NCBI GenBank assembly: GCA_032718475.1
Contig: JAUCBJ010001663.1
Location: 1-32,400, forward strand
Origin: Nemertoderma westbladi
Taxonomy: Eukaryota > Animalia > Xenacoelomorpha
Direction: 5' to 3'
DNA length: 32,400 bases
The notes beneath the pieces are model-generated. The model saw only the letters and a program-made list of their open reading frames with translations. It had not been told where the DNA came from and ran no database searches. How positions within the stretch are numbered: the stretch's first letter is position 1; each line of letters begins with the position of its first letter. The position numbers were made by a program, and so were the translations under genes. This document shows, piece by piece, positions 10,430 to 22,380 of this stretch.

Positions 10430-11424
10430 TTTTAATACGTATTTAATTACATATTCTGTGCCGGTCTGCCGGTACTGTGGTCGCTTCGCTACAAGGCTAC
10501 ATGATTGATATAATTTCATAAATTGATGATAGCCTACCGAAACTGGCTCACTAGTTCTATCTTCTGTAGTTGGCAGTCTGGCAGTTGCCCTTGGTTCAAT
10601 TCAACTATTTTAAGTAAAGTCAACGCACTCAACGGTACTGAACTGACTGACTGACTTTTTTTTAGTGTGTGTATTAGCCTAACAGATTAACCTGTTAACA
10701 GTAACTGTAACTCACAGACTGAGTACCAGCCAGCCATCAGACCAGTAGTACAGTCTGACTGTCTGATTCTGATAGTACTTTTTTTTGTTTGGGAATCATT
10801 AGTCTGTCAGTCAGGCTTTCAGGCAGTTAAGACGCTAAGGCGGTCAGCCAGACAGCCAGATCATTACTGCATTAGGCAGTTAGGACGTATTGGTTTGGGT
10901 ACGGTACCTGTAACTATGTTTATTGTTTGTCAGTTTGTGTATATTTCCATACTTACACAGCTGCACTGCACAGCCTCTGAGCCTGCAGCCTATACCTGTA
11001 TACCGGTACTGCTCTGCTATATCACAGACTTAAACTGATAAAGAAGACAACCGACTGCGACTATTATTTAGTGAGGGGACCAGAAGATACTCCACCTGCA
11101 TTCCGAAAGTCAAGACAAAGTGCAGCTTGAATGCAGGCATGGTCCAATGCAGGTATCGATATATTTGTCGCAAACTACCTAGCCTACTACAGTACAGTAG
11201 TCAGTCTCAGTAGTAGACCTGCTGACAGTGCCAGTCTCAGTCAGTAAACAATTACCCGAGACCCGACCATGCCAGAATCCAATTACTCAGGTAAAGAGCT
11301 CGTTAACTGGTTCAGGTGCACGACTTTTCCTTTTATCTAATTCTCTTGTATCATTGCTTTACTTTGACACAATTTATATAATTATCGAAAGCAAAACGAC
11401 TAACAGGGAAGGGATATAAGACAG

Positions 11425-11576
11425 TAAGATCATACCGGTAGGCTACACCAGATCTAAACCATTTGTGGTGTATCATCACCCATAGAAAATAATGTGTTCT
11501 ATTTTTAAAAAGTGACCGCTTGCCGCGGCCGCTCGCCGCTGCCGCTCGCCGCTCCTGTGGTGTATCATGGCCTTAA
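11425..11576. mobile_element. Small MITE remnant (PIF/Harbinger-like end)
   Basis: The right end is gtggtgtatcatggcc|ttaa, with a second tgtggtgtatcat at ~11464 and (gccgctc)n internal repeats. The left end is degraded. Confidence 0.35.
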
Positions 11577-12091
11577 CATCTCATGCTTTCCTGTTACAAG
11601 GTTGTTCGACAAAGTTTAAGTGCATAGGTACAAATAATTCCTCACAAATAAATAAAATTCGATTTGCTATTGTTCATAATTTTAATTAGTTCATAATTAC
11701 GGTCGTACGTGCCGCAATGCTTTAAATTTTTTTATAGTTAAGCGTTTTATAAAAATGACTTTTGCGAAATCGCACCCTCCGTATCGTGGCCATTCTTCAC
11801 ATTTGTCGTAATGTCTTCATTTCATAAGAAAGGACAAGAATTCCAAATTTTATTATGTAACAATATCTGAATTTCGTTGAGAAACAGTTGAGAAATAGGC
11901 GCTTAAAGATTGCAAGAATTATCGTTCACTGGAGGCCATTTATTGTATTTAATTATTTTAGAAGTTCTGGAACATTTTGTTTATGTATGATTAGCTACGC
12001 AATAGAGATACTGCATAGGCATACGGCAGATTCCGAATTTGAAATCCGTTTCAGAATTTTTTAATTTTACAATAGTTATGGTACAATAGTA

Positions 12092-14564
12092 CCGTCTACT
12101 GGGGTGAGATTGTAACCAGGGGTGAGATTGAAACATTGCAGGGTAGATTGAATAGGCCTATTTAATTAAAATATTATTTTGCTTAGTTAAAATTAATATA
12201 TTTTATTATAAGTACCAGGTATTTATAAGTAATATAAAATAAAAATAAAATACAAGCTACTCTCACCTGTATTACCTATACTGTTATATAACAGTATAAT
12301 GGTGGTAGTGGTAGGGAGGGATTAGACCTATTGTCTCACTGCATTCATTCTGTCTTCATTCTTATTGTCAATTAAATCTTGTTAAAATCTTATTGTGACA
12401 ATGCCGCGTACATATAAACGACAAGCAGGTAGTCGAAATTACCGAACTTCGTATAGTGAAGAAAGTCTCCAGAAAGCACTTAGACTTGTTAAAGAAGGCA
12501 AAAGTTTAACAATGGTAGCTAAACTGTACAAAATCCCAGTGGGACATTACACTATAAATCGAATGGAGAACATACGCTGAAGACTGGTGGGCAACCAAGG
12601 TTCAGTATAGAAGTGGAGGAAAGAGATTGTAAATATCATAAATACAATGGCCAAATGGAAAGTGCCAATGGACGAGTTTGATATCAGATGCAAGGTGAAA
12701 GCATATCTCGATAAGAACGGTCTTACTGACCAAAGGTTCAACAACAATTTTCCTGGACCAGATTGGGCAATATCGTTCCGGATACGACACAATATGGTGC
12801 AACGATTTGCCTCAAATGTTAAACCAGCTAGAGCTGATGTTTCTAGGGTAGATATTGAGGGATATTTCGATGAGCTCGAGAAAACTTTAGAAGGAGTTAC
12901 TCCCGACTGCATATACAATTATGATGAAACTAACGTCAGCGACAATCCAGGTGATAAAAAGTGTGTTGTGGGACGTGGATTTAAGCGCCTGGAAAGGAAA
13001 ATTGACTCATCTAAATCGTGCAATAGCATTATGTTCTGTGGTAATGCGGAAGGCACTTTTGTTGCGCCAATGGTGGTGTACAAGGTGGATGGTGGTAACA
13101 GATATGATAACTGGGAGATTGGTGGTCCTCCAGACACGTTGTACGACAGCACAAAGAGTGGGTGGTTCGATACACGCTGTTTTGGATGGATGGTTTTTCT
13201 TTGAAGGATTCATACCAGAGGTCAAAGATAAGGTTGGACCAAAAGTTCTAATTGGTGATAATCTGGCTTCGCACTTCACCATAGACGTAGTCAGAGAGTG
13301 CGAATCAAGAGACATTCGATTTGTTACTATGATTCCAAATGCAACACATGTAGCAGTGTTCCGTCCTGTTATGATTGAGTAGCGGAAAATTCTGGTTAAT
13401 TGGCGTAAAGAGAGTCGCATCCGAGGTTCAATTCCAAAGACTCAATTTCCGGGTTTGTTACTTAAGCTCGTCAATAAGCTGAACCCCGATAACCTCAAAT
13501 CAGGCTTCAGGGCATCTGGGCTGGAGCCCCTAAATAGATCAGAGGTATTGAAGCGCATTCAACAAGGACAGACCTGATAATCCTGATAACATTCGAGTGG
13601 CTTTAGAGAGCTGCATTGAGAAACATTTTAATGAAAACATAAACTGTGGACCACCGAAGAAGATTGCCAAACGCGGAAGAAAGATTAATTCAGTTCCTGG
13701 GAGAACATTGACGCTAAATGATTTTGCACAGGTTTTAACTAGTGTGTCAACTGAGGCCAGAACCGGTAATATTAGTATTGCGTCCTCCTCAATGGCTTCC
13801 CTTTCCAGGCCATGGTTTCATGATGACAATCACTCGGACTATGAGTCCGATGATTGGTTTTGCTTGGTTTGCATGGAGGAGTGGGTGGAGAATAATCGTC
13901 GATGGATTGTCTCTGATTATTGCGATCGTACGTACCATCTAGAGTGCTCTGATGTTCCCTACGAACGGCATCAATACGACACCATGAACATTGAAGAAAT
14001 TGATTTCTATTGTGATCTCTGCGAGGAGACAGATCATGAAGACTAAACAGATAGAAGACGTTTAAACTGCCTAAAAATTAACTACAAAGAACTCAAACTA
14101 GGTCAAGTGTTTTGATGTTGGCCGATTTAGATAGATAGTGCACTTTTAAATTGTAGATCATAGCCTAACTTAGTAGTTATGCAGTGCTAATAGCCGTACC
14201 CCTAAACCCTATTTGTGTACTATAGTATATGATGGATTCCAAGCCAATGCCGACGTGGTATTGGTTTGGAGTTTTTTTTTAAACACCAAAAATTATTAAA
14301 TCACACCCCATAGAAGGGGTGAGAATGATTTGCATACAATTTTAGACAAGTTCAATCTCACCCCATTAGAAGGGGTGAGATTGAATGGGAAAAAATTAAA
14401 AAAAAATATACCACAGCAGAAATAAAAAAACAATTTTCTTATTTATTATGTGAAACAGGAATGTACATTGTTACAACTAATATGGTTTCATTACATTTGT
14501 ATCTGCTGTAAGAAACCGCATCCAAATTTATGCTGGGATTATTCAATCTGACCCCAGTTGACGG
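12092..14564 (+). mobile_element. Full-length pogo-family (Tc1/mariner superfamily, DDE_1/CENP-B-like) DNA transposon, inactive
   Basis: TA|CCGTCTACTGGGGTGAGATTG ... CAATCTGACCCCAGTTGACGG|TA (19/21 TIR match, TA TSD). Subterminal GGGGTGAGATTG repeats occur at 12101, 12119, ~14316, 14354 (inverted) and 14372. It contains a transposase pseudogene. Confidence 0.93.
12401..14046 (+). pseudogene. pogo-like transposase pseudogene: HTH_psq, CENP-B-type HTH, DDE_1 and C-terminal PHD finger
   Basis: MPRTYKR..YSEESLQKAL..VAKLYKIP (psq HTH); PGPDWAISFRIRH; IYNYDET (first D); SGWF; VLIGDNLASHF (second D); IPNATHVAVF lacks the usual QPLD third Asp; CLVC..WIVSDYCDRTYHLEC..FYCDLC (PHD). It is split by frameshifts and stops over ORFs 12395, 12647, 12921 and 13597. 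Confidence 0.9.
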
Positions 14565-15953
14565 TAATGTTTATTTCTCTTTCTTCTAGAATATTAGTTA
14601 TTATTTAGCGAGCTGAGCTTTCAAAACTCTTCATTTTGTTTTTTCATTAGGAGTAATTAATATTCTAGAATTTAGTAAAAAAAAACATTAGAATTATGTC
14701 TTTAGTACTATTCCAATTCCAAAGACGAAAAATGCAGCCGACAGAGACAGAAAATATCGTTAAATAACCATTTTTCAACGGCCTGTGGCTACAATCCCGC
14801 TACATAAATCAAAAATTTAAAAATCTTGCCAGGCCAGCAGTAAAGAAAGTTGTTCAACTATCATCATACCGGTACCAAATTTCGTAGCATATGATTGAAA
14901 TTTGAAAATTAATAGGGGGGGTGGGGCTGGCTCCGACTTGCTAAAAATGGTTGTTGTATTAAAGAGTAATGATGTAGTATAATATTACATACCGCACCAA
15001 TACTTAAATAAATAAATATAGTTTGTTCAAAAATATAATAATTTCTTCCCTCTATCAGTTTCAACAGCGTCAAATAAAGTTAACTTGTATGCCTGCTCAC
15101 CCTTTTTTTTACTCTCACACTATTACATGAAGTTATCCAAGGTACTGGTACAACAGCTATTGTCAAATTTTAAAATGTTGTTTGAAAGAAATGTTTCAAT
15201 TTTTGAATAAAATTGCATATATCACGTTGATAAAAGTACTTTATAGGAACACAGTTACTCATCTATTTTACTTGCCTCACTGCGCCCGGCGAGTGAACCA
15301 ACTCATACTGCTTTCCTATAAAGTGCTACTTTATCAACGTGATATAAATAGTTATTATTGTTGTTTATATAATATAATGGGATTTATCTTCTACAATTGT
15401 TACCCAAGAGTCCTTTCATTCCTGTTTCAGAGTTCCACCGTTATATTGCTGCTAAGGCCAACAAAGTAATTTCTTCAGACTCCCTATCAACCACTCTAAA
15501 CAACATACCGTTACTCAACTGTTCCTTTTAACGTTCACCTTAAATCCTAAATAACAAGTCCGCTGAGCGAAATTCAGTAACTTAGGAAATTCGTGAAATA
15601 CAATGAAAGGTGAATTAATAGCTTATAACCAACCCCTTAAACAATCTGCTTGTTTTGAAGTTTTAGATTTTACGACTTTGAGGGAGTATCAGGTTGTGAC
15701 GGTTCTTCGTTACTGCTCAAAGTGGATAACCAAAATAATTTAACAAATAGGCCTAGAGCTGTACTTTATTTATTATTAGGGGCTAGGACAGGGGGGGGGG
15801 GTCATATTTCGTGACGATTTGTGACGAGGGGGGGGGGGGGGGGTCCGCAATATCGTGACGTCACATTATAAGTTTCCGATAAAATACTGTATATTAAATA
15901 CATAACGTGTATACTTTCAGGGTACCATCAGTAAGTAAGAAAAAGCCACTTAA

Positions 15954-16669
15954 GGGGGGGGGGGGGGGGGGGTACACCATTTTGGTCCAAAATATGTCGA
16001 AATTTTTTATGGTCAATTATAATGCACCATTGAATGGTGTTTCCAAATCTGAAAACCGCTATTTAATAGCTCTTTTAGTTTTCAAGTTATATAAATTTCC
16101 ATTTAGGGAATCCTATTGAAATTACTATTACTATGTATAATGAAAGGTCGATTATCTGCAAATATTTTTTTTATGAAATTGTCAACTTCAAAACCTTACT
16201 ACTTGTTACTTCTACAATTTTTGAGAAATTAGTCTGAAACTTTCTGTGGGTGTCTAGATAGCCACCCTGTATAAAAGTATCAGACAACTTTTCGAACTTT
16301 TTTATTAATAAAATTTAATACTATTTATAACAAACCTAAAAATTTAGCATAAATTTGCAGCGCCACCTAGCGGTGCAGAATTATTTTCACAAAATTTCGC
16401 CTGATAGTTATGTTGCCCCATCTTTGGTCTATCATATAAAAAACTTTCATGTGATTAGATTCAAAACTGTAAAAGCCTTAGGGTTTTAAGCGCAACCAAG
16501 TTTTATTTATTGTTAACTAGTATTAACCGACCTGTCATATAGAATAGCATCTTAGGCACCTATATGCCAAATTTTAGCCAAAACCAAACAATTTTGAAAC
16601 GCTGAGAGTGATAAATCGAAGAGTTGTCCGAAAATGGTGTACCCCCCCCCCCCCCCCCCCCCCCCCCCC
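15954..16669. mobile_element. MITE with TTAA TSD and poly-G TIRs (Kolobok-like)
   Basis: TTAA|G(19)TACACCATTTT ... AAAATGGTGTAC(28)|TTAA. Purine termini plus a TTAA target fit Kolobok rather than piggyBac. Confidence 0.8.
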
Positions 16670-16955
16670 TTAACCAATGGTTGGTACTAATTTAATGCAG
16701 TATTCTATGGTTCAACCATATCAGCTATACAATACATAGTCTACATGTATACTGTATAGGCTTACTGTGACACACTGTTGTTATAGATGGGTATCCAGTA
16801 ATAGCAGTATATATATTTCCATTATGATCGCAGCTGACCAGTGAACAGATGCTAAGCTGCACTGCTGAGGACTGGTTTAAGACTAATGTTCGCAGGTGGG
16901 GGGGAGGGGGGTGAACATCAATAAAAATCAATAAAAACGTGGGGGAAACAATAAC

Positions 16956-17086
16956 AATTCATCCCTCTCCAGGACAGCTTATTACTCTCAAAAATAAAAC
17001 TGAAACCTGTTTTATTGTGTTTAGTTTATTGTTTTGGTTAAAATAACGTGCCACTTTAACCTGTTCCTTTCCCTAAATTGAGAATC
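16956..17086 (+). repeat. Dispersed repeat fragment; inverted copy at 22251-22380, weaker copy near 18650-18712
   Basis: aattcatccctctccaggacagct..gtttattgttttggttaaaataacg..ccctaaattgagaat matches the reverse complement of 22251-22380. Confidence 0.8.
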
Positions 17087-17154
17087 ACAATTTCCCATCT
17101 CATTTTGTCAATTTATCTCTAAAGGATATCATATTTAAACTATTACCTCTTCCA

Positions 17155-17286
17155 ATGACAACCATTAAAATCTTACCGTACGACCTCTACTGTCCTTCCA
17201 TAATTAGAGAACGTGTTTGTAAAGAATGTCATCTTTACTTTGCATCGAAAGTTTTACTTAAAATTCACTTTATAACCCTTCATGGT
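17155..17286 (+). pseudogene. Orphan C2H2 zinc-finger coding remnant, probably the C-terminus of a transposon protein
   Basis: PYDLYCPS..RVCKECHLYFASKVLLKIHFITLH fits C-x2-C-x3-F-x5-L-x2-H-x4-H, and lies just inside the TIR ending at 17362. Confidence 0.5.
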
Positions 17287-17518
17287 AGTGGTAGTTCCAA
17301 AACCCGTTTTGGAAAAAAAAAATATGTTTTAAAAAAACGTGAAGTCATTTATGGATGGCCCCATAATGCAATAATACTACTACTACTAGGTCGAGCGAGC
17401 TCGGAAAACTAATTAATGTAATAGTTTATTAGTATTCAATTAAATATCATATAATAATATTATAAATATAATATTAAGTATCAAATTCAAAAACGTTAAT
17501 TATATTTTCTGTTTTTAG

Positions 17519-17685
17519 GGGGGGCCAAGAAATGGATCTCTGATGTTTGTGCCCAAGTTTCTGTGATATAAACAATTCAAATTATATTACTTACTATTAG
17601 GCCCCTACATGTGATTCGTAGACGATTTAGTTATGAGTACATTTAGTGGCTCGATGAAAGAATTCCCATACATATCTATAGACAG
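17519..17685 (+). other. Candidate spliced exon, probably non-coding/UTR
   Basis: Acceptor tattttctgtttttAG| and donor CAG|GTAAGA. All three frames contain stops. Splice signals are the only support. Confidence 0.3.
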
Positions 17686-17815
17686 GTAAGAATTTAATTT
17701 ATCACTTAGTGACTAGAATTTTGTTGATATTTATATCTCTTGGTTTATGCCCCCTAAGTTCAGCGTCAGGCGAGCCACGAAGTAAGATGAGCCTTGGCGT
17801 TTACCTTATCATTAA

Positions 17816-18290
17816 GGGGGGGGTACACCCCCTATGACCTTTTTTACAAATGGTTATAATTTCTGCTTATGGGTAGTTTTCTATATTTTATACCTTTCCG
17901 GTGATTAACATTTGGCCAAAGATTGGGTTCAAATAAAAAAAATTTCAAATTTACGTCTCCCTCTGGCGGCCACCAGTAAAATTGTTAATTTCACTAAAAA
18001 CACTACCCTAACATTTTAAAACAAAATTTTAGAAACTTGGTTTTTCTGAATCAGCATCCTCGGCTCCACAAAACTTATCGGTTACATTTTTTGTTTAGGT
18101 CTTAAATATTTTTTAAATATTATTAACTAATATTAATTATTATTTAATAAATATTAACTAATTTCAAGAAATTAATATGGCACAATTCAAAATTCTATCC
18201 GATAACTTTTGATCAAAACCCGAAAAGAAATCAAACAAAGAAAAATTCCGAAAATTTTAATAATAGTAATAGTAATGGTCGAGTAGTACT
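17816..18290 (+). mobile_element. Left part of a second Kolobok-like MITE (right end not found; end coordinate approximate)
   Basis: TTAA|GGGGGGGGTACACC has the same terminus as 15954. The internal ctctggcggc motif parallels gcgccacctagcgg in the other element. Confidence 0.45.
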
Positions 18291-18727
18291 GTAGTATATA
18301 TTTTGAATGTGAAAAATACAATTCCGAGATAAACGCATTTAAAGTTTAAAAACAATCTATTTCAAATGTTCCCGCTATTTTTATGTAGGCCTACTCGTAT
18401 CCCTTTTCTTTTACCATTGGTTATCCCCTGTCAATTTTTGTGATTTCTCAATGGATTTCATGAAATTTGGTTCAAATAAACCCCTACCCATTTTTTAGCA
18501 ACCTGTTAACTTGCCAAAAAACACCGCCCACGTGAAGAATACCAGGATTTCACTTTTGGGTCGACTTTTTATTGGAATTTTATATGAAGATTTTTTTATT
18601 TTTTTAAATTTATCTTTATTAATTGTTTTATAGCGCTTATTTATGTCTTATAACCTGTACATATACTAATTCGTTTATTGTTTTGGTTAAATTCAGCCCT
18701 TCTGTAACCTGTGTTTTTGGTGAAAAC

Positions 18728-18852
18728 CTGGTATTCTTCACATGGGGGTAACTGCAAAGTGAAATATAACGGCAGAAAGTCTGGTATTCTTCACATGGGG
18801 GTAACTACAAAGTGAAATATAACGGCAGAAAGTCTGGTATTCTTCACATGGG
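18728..18852. repeat. 53-bp tandem repeat (~2.4 copies)
   Basis: ctggtattcttcacatggg starts at 18728, 18781 and 18834. An inverted partial copy lies at ~18528-18546, followed by a duplicated ccgtaacactacccgcagc. Confidence 0.9.
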
Positions 18853-18947
18853 CCGTAACACTACCCGCAGCGCAACCCGTAACACTACCCGCAGCAAATT
18901 TTATTTTGGCGTTTTGATTTGATCGCATAACATTTCCTCATTACTTA

Positions 18948-19943
18948 TAGTCGAGTCAATCTAGCAAAAAACCCATAAGTATTTTGCAATCAATCCGAAC
19001 CACATATTTTGGATTCTGTATTACCTTATTAATGACCAAAAAAAAGTCTATAAAATTTTATTTTGCGGATCATATGTTTATTCATGGAATTTCTGCGTAA
19101 ATTTGCATAACACAAGCCAAACAAAAGGAACAGTAGGGAAGAGTAAGTAGCAAATAGGTGATGTTCCAGAATAATTTAATTAATTTCACAATAATCTGTG
19201 ATTCAATGAGAAATTAGTAATATTTACACTGGCGTGTTACACATTAATTGTTATATCTCGGAAACTAGAAGTCGTATCAAATTTTTAAATATATCAACAA
19301 TTATACGATATATTAAGGAAACCGTTGTAAAAAAATCATACATTTCCACTGCAAGGAAATTTCATAATTTCCATTAATGTTAGTGAAGATTTTTCACATA
19401 ATTAAATTGTGATTACTGTATTGATTTTAGGTGTAATTTATTTATTTGTTTTAGTTTAGAAACCACAATAGTTTATCATATAACAAATAAATTTTTTGGG
19501 GATAAGGGTTTTTGAGGTCGATAAATCCGATGGGCGAGGTTACATCCACCTGTTTAGCAGAGAAGTTGTGTAAATAAGCTCCCTGTATTGTACCAGCAAA
19601 ATTGGTATTAAAAATGGTTAAATTATTCGACAAATTTCCGTTGCTCTGGAAACTAAATTGGTAACTATGTAGAAGTGCATACTTCTGTCAATCGATAGTC
19701 ATTAGAGTAAAGTTTGTCTGTACCAAATTTGGAGAAAATCCCACCACTAGACACCCCTTGTTGCTATGTAAAATCCACGTTGTTGAGGAAAGAAGCAGCA
19801 AATTGAAAGTGATCCGCATAATATATTTTTATAGACTTTTTGGGGGTATTAACTAGGTAATTTAGAATTAAAAAAAATTGGTTTGGGTGAATTGCGAATT
19901 TGTTATGGGTTGACCCCCTTTTTCAGCTAGATTGACTCGCCTA
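18948..19943. mobile_element. ~1-kb non-autonomous element with ~125-bp imperfect TIRs
   Basis: tagtcgagtcaatctagc..aacccataa..aaaaagtctataaaa..tgcggatca versus tgatccgca..ttttatagacttttt..ttatgggtt..gctagattgactcgccta. Confidence 0.75.
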
Positions 19944-20937
19944 TTACCGGTACTAAATAGTTATGGAATAATGAGACAACCTTAACAAACTTTAAAAATT
20001 ATATACAAAATTCCACATATTTTTATAACAGAACATTAAGCTTTGTTCAGCACGTGAAACCTTCGCGCAGCACGTGAAGGTTTCACGTAGCACTTAGAGT
20101 CTTCACACAGCACGTTAATTAATTGAGCAGCTCGGAAAGCCTTTTGATCAAAATAAGAAGCCTTCACGCGGAACATGAAATGTTCATGCGGCACATGAAG
20201 AATTCGCGCAGCACGTGAATTATTATCAGAGCCTGTGGAATTTAAAAATAATAAGTTTATGGTTATTCCCCACAATTATTATTACCAGCTATTGCTATAT
20301 GATGGTTCATATTTGTTATTCCCTTATTACTAGTAGACAACTATATAGTCCATTAGACAACGGTTCAATATGTAATACAAAACTCACAAACTATCTATTA
20401 AATATTGTTATAATTTGACGGACACGTTGACAGACAGACAGACACACAAACAGGCAGACAAACAAACTGAGAGACATACTGAGATACAGACATAGTTATT
20501 AGATAATTCCAAACATTAAAACAGACATAGACATTAAGAAAAATCCCAACAGCCAACATTTCAGATTGCTTATTTTATGCTCTTTTTAATATTTCGATGG
20601 ACACACAGACAGACATACAGACGGAAAACCAGCCATAACTCGAGAAGTAAAAGAAATCTCGCTAAGCCGTTTCCAGATTTGAAATCCTTATAAAATTCTG
20701 CTCGAGATGCAATAAAAAAAAACAATAAACGAAAATTTTGACCTGAGGAGGGTGTAGCTCTAGCTACTATTGATTAGCTATATACTATACTGTCTTATAG
20801 TGAAGGTGATATTCCAGAACGTTAATCAAATAATCAAACCAAAAATTTGACTAAACTATTATACCACAATATCATGGTGTTGGTATGGGAGGGAGTTTAT
20901 ATTTAAACATTTTATTTGATAAAATCAAAAAATTTAG

Positions 20938-21241
20938 ACGAAACGAAAAACGAATTTAAAATCTATGAAACGAAACGAAAATTTCATAGATTGATAAAAA
21001 ACGAAACGAATGTTTGATCGGATTTGTAAAAACGAAACGAAACTAAATTTTTGAAAACGAAACGAAAAACGAATTTAAAATCTATGAATCGATACGAAAA
21101 TTTCATAGATTGATAAAAAACGAAACGAAACGAAACGAATATTTGATCGGATTTGTAAAAACTAAACGAAAACGAAACGAAATTTTTGAAAACGAAACGA
21201 AATTGAAATTTCTTTCGTTTTGTTTCGTTATGCCATCCCTG
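20938..21241. mobile_element. hAT-like MITE end with (AAACG)n subterminal repeats and a ~120-bp internal duplication
   Basis: Ends tgccatccctg (CAGGGATGG terminus on the minus strand). The block aaacgaaaaacgaatttaaaatctatgaa occurs at ~20941 and ~21060. Confidence 0.6.
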
Positions 21242-21476
21242 CCTGTAGCATGTAGAGGATAGTTTCTAGTGGTTATTATATGTCATAATTAATCTTCACT
21301 GTTAGTCTTCAGTTCACTCATGTCAGCATTTGTTCTAGAATAAGTGTTGGACTTTCCGGCTATTATAGCTTATGATTATGTATAGCACGGCATTATTTTC
21401 ACGGTATTTCTATCTATTTATATACCAGCTATTTTTTCCTATTTTCCAGAAATGCATGAAATTTGAAACAGAAATA

Positions 21477-22029
21477 GTTTCACCTACTTCCTCCTTAAAC
21501 TGGGTGAGCCAGAATTTTTATTTTAGCTTTCAATCTTTAGTTTAGCTACAACCGTTTTAAAAGTATCTCCAGCGATATTGCACCAATCGTACTGCAGTTA
21601 TTTTTCAACCTTATAGTAATTTGTTGGTAGCAAGCAATGGAAAGCTGGCAGTGCAAGGATTCCAAATATGTAAAAATATTTGAATTATTATTTGAGTAAA
21701 TTGTTATTATTTTATTATTATTATTTTTATTATTATTATTTTTTGTTTCATTAGGAATATCCATTTATAAGAAAATTGAGTATTTTATTAAATATATTTA
21801 ATAAATGGCCTGTAGCGGAAACAAATACATGCAACATTCGAATACATATTTGGAATCCTTGCACGGCCAGCTTTCCATGGCTACCAAAATTCTATAAGGT
21901 TGAAGAATACTACTAACAGTACGACTGGTGCAAATGAGTCGGAGACACTTTTTTCAAACGCTTGTAGCTAACGATTGAAAGCAAAAATATAAATCCTGGT
22001 TCACCCACTAAGGAGGAGGTAGGTGAAAC
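21477..22029. mobile_element. Palindromic MITE with ~190-bp inverted arms, TA-flanked
   Basis: ta|gtttcacctacttcctcctta..tgcaaggattccaaatatgta versus tacatatttggaatccttgca..taaggaggaggtaggtgaaac|ta. Confidence 0.85.
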
Positions 22030-22250
22030 TAGTAGATTAGTATAATACTTTAGATAAGACTACTTTGTTAACATTAGTAGATTATTAATATTAATTGTTT
22101 ATAGTTCACTGTATATATAGACTGATAACTCCTTAATTGGAATCATATTGTAACCCCATTGCTAAACTTTATCGGCATTAATAAATATTATATTTTTGTT
22201 GTCACTAGTACGGAATTAATATCCGAATTAATATCCCGCATCAATGTTAA

Positions 22251-22380
22251 ATTCTCAATTTAGGGAAAGGAGCAGGTTACAGTGGCTCGTTATTTTAACC
22301 AAAACAATAAACTATACACAATAGAACAAGTTACAGTTTTATATTTGAGAGTAATCAGCTGTCCTGGAGAGGGATGAATT
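22251..22380 (-). repeat. Dispersed repeat fragment (inverted copy of 16956-17086)
   Basis: attctcaatttagggaaagg..ttaaccaaaacaataaac..agctgtcctggagagggatgaatt. Confidence 0.8.

Larger units (their letters stand above)
15779..17362. mobile_element. Non-autonomous DNA transposon with GGGGCCATCCATAAATGAC-type termini (PIF/Harbinger-like, unassigned), interrupted by nested inserts
   Basis: The right end is cgtgaagtcatttatggatggcccc (to 17362). The left end is tta|ggggc followed by poly-G / cgtgacgatttgtgacga / gtgacgtcac subterminal motifs, with part of the TIR missing. Confidence 0.5.

Noticed and set aside
12547-13420. Minus-strand ORFs (123, 66, 77 and 137 aa)
   Set aside because: They are antisense shadows of the pogo transposase.
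18728-18852. Repeat-spacer (CRISPR-like) pattern
   Set aside because: The intervening sequences are near-identical, so this is a plain 53-bp tandem repeat.
20420-20630. (CAGA)n-rich tracts here and at ~23490-23590 and ~32075-32260, and the ORFs overlapping the latter two
   Set aside because: These are low-complexity microsatellite-like parts of common repeats; element boundaries could not be defined.
16956-22380. A single 5.4-kb element bounded by the inverted copies at 16956-17086 and 22251-22380
   Set aside because: No TSD or transposase was seen, and it would interleave with rather than nest in the element ending at 17362. Independent dispersed copies are simpler.
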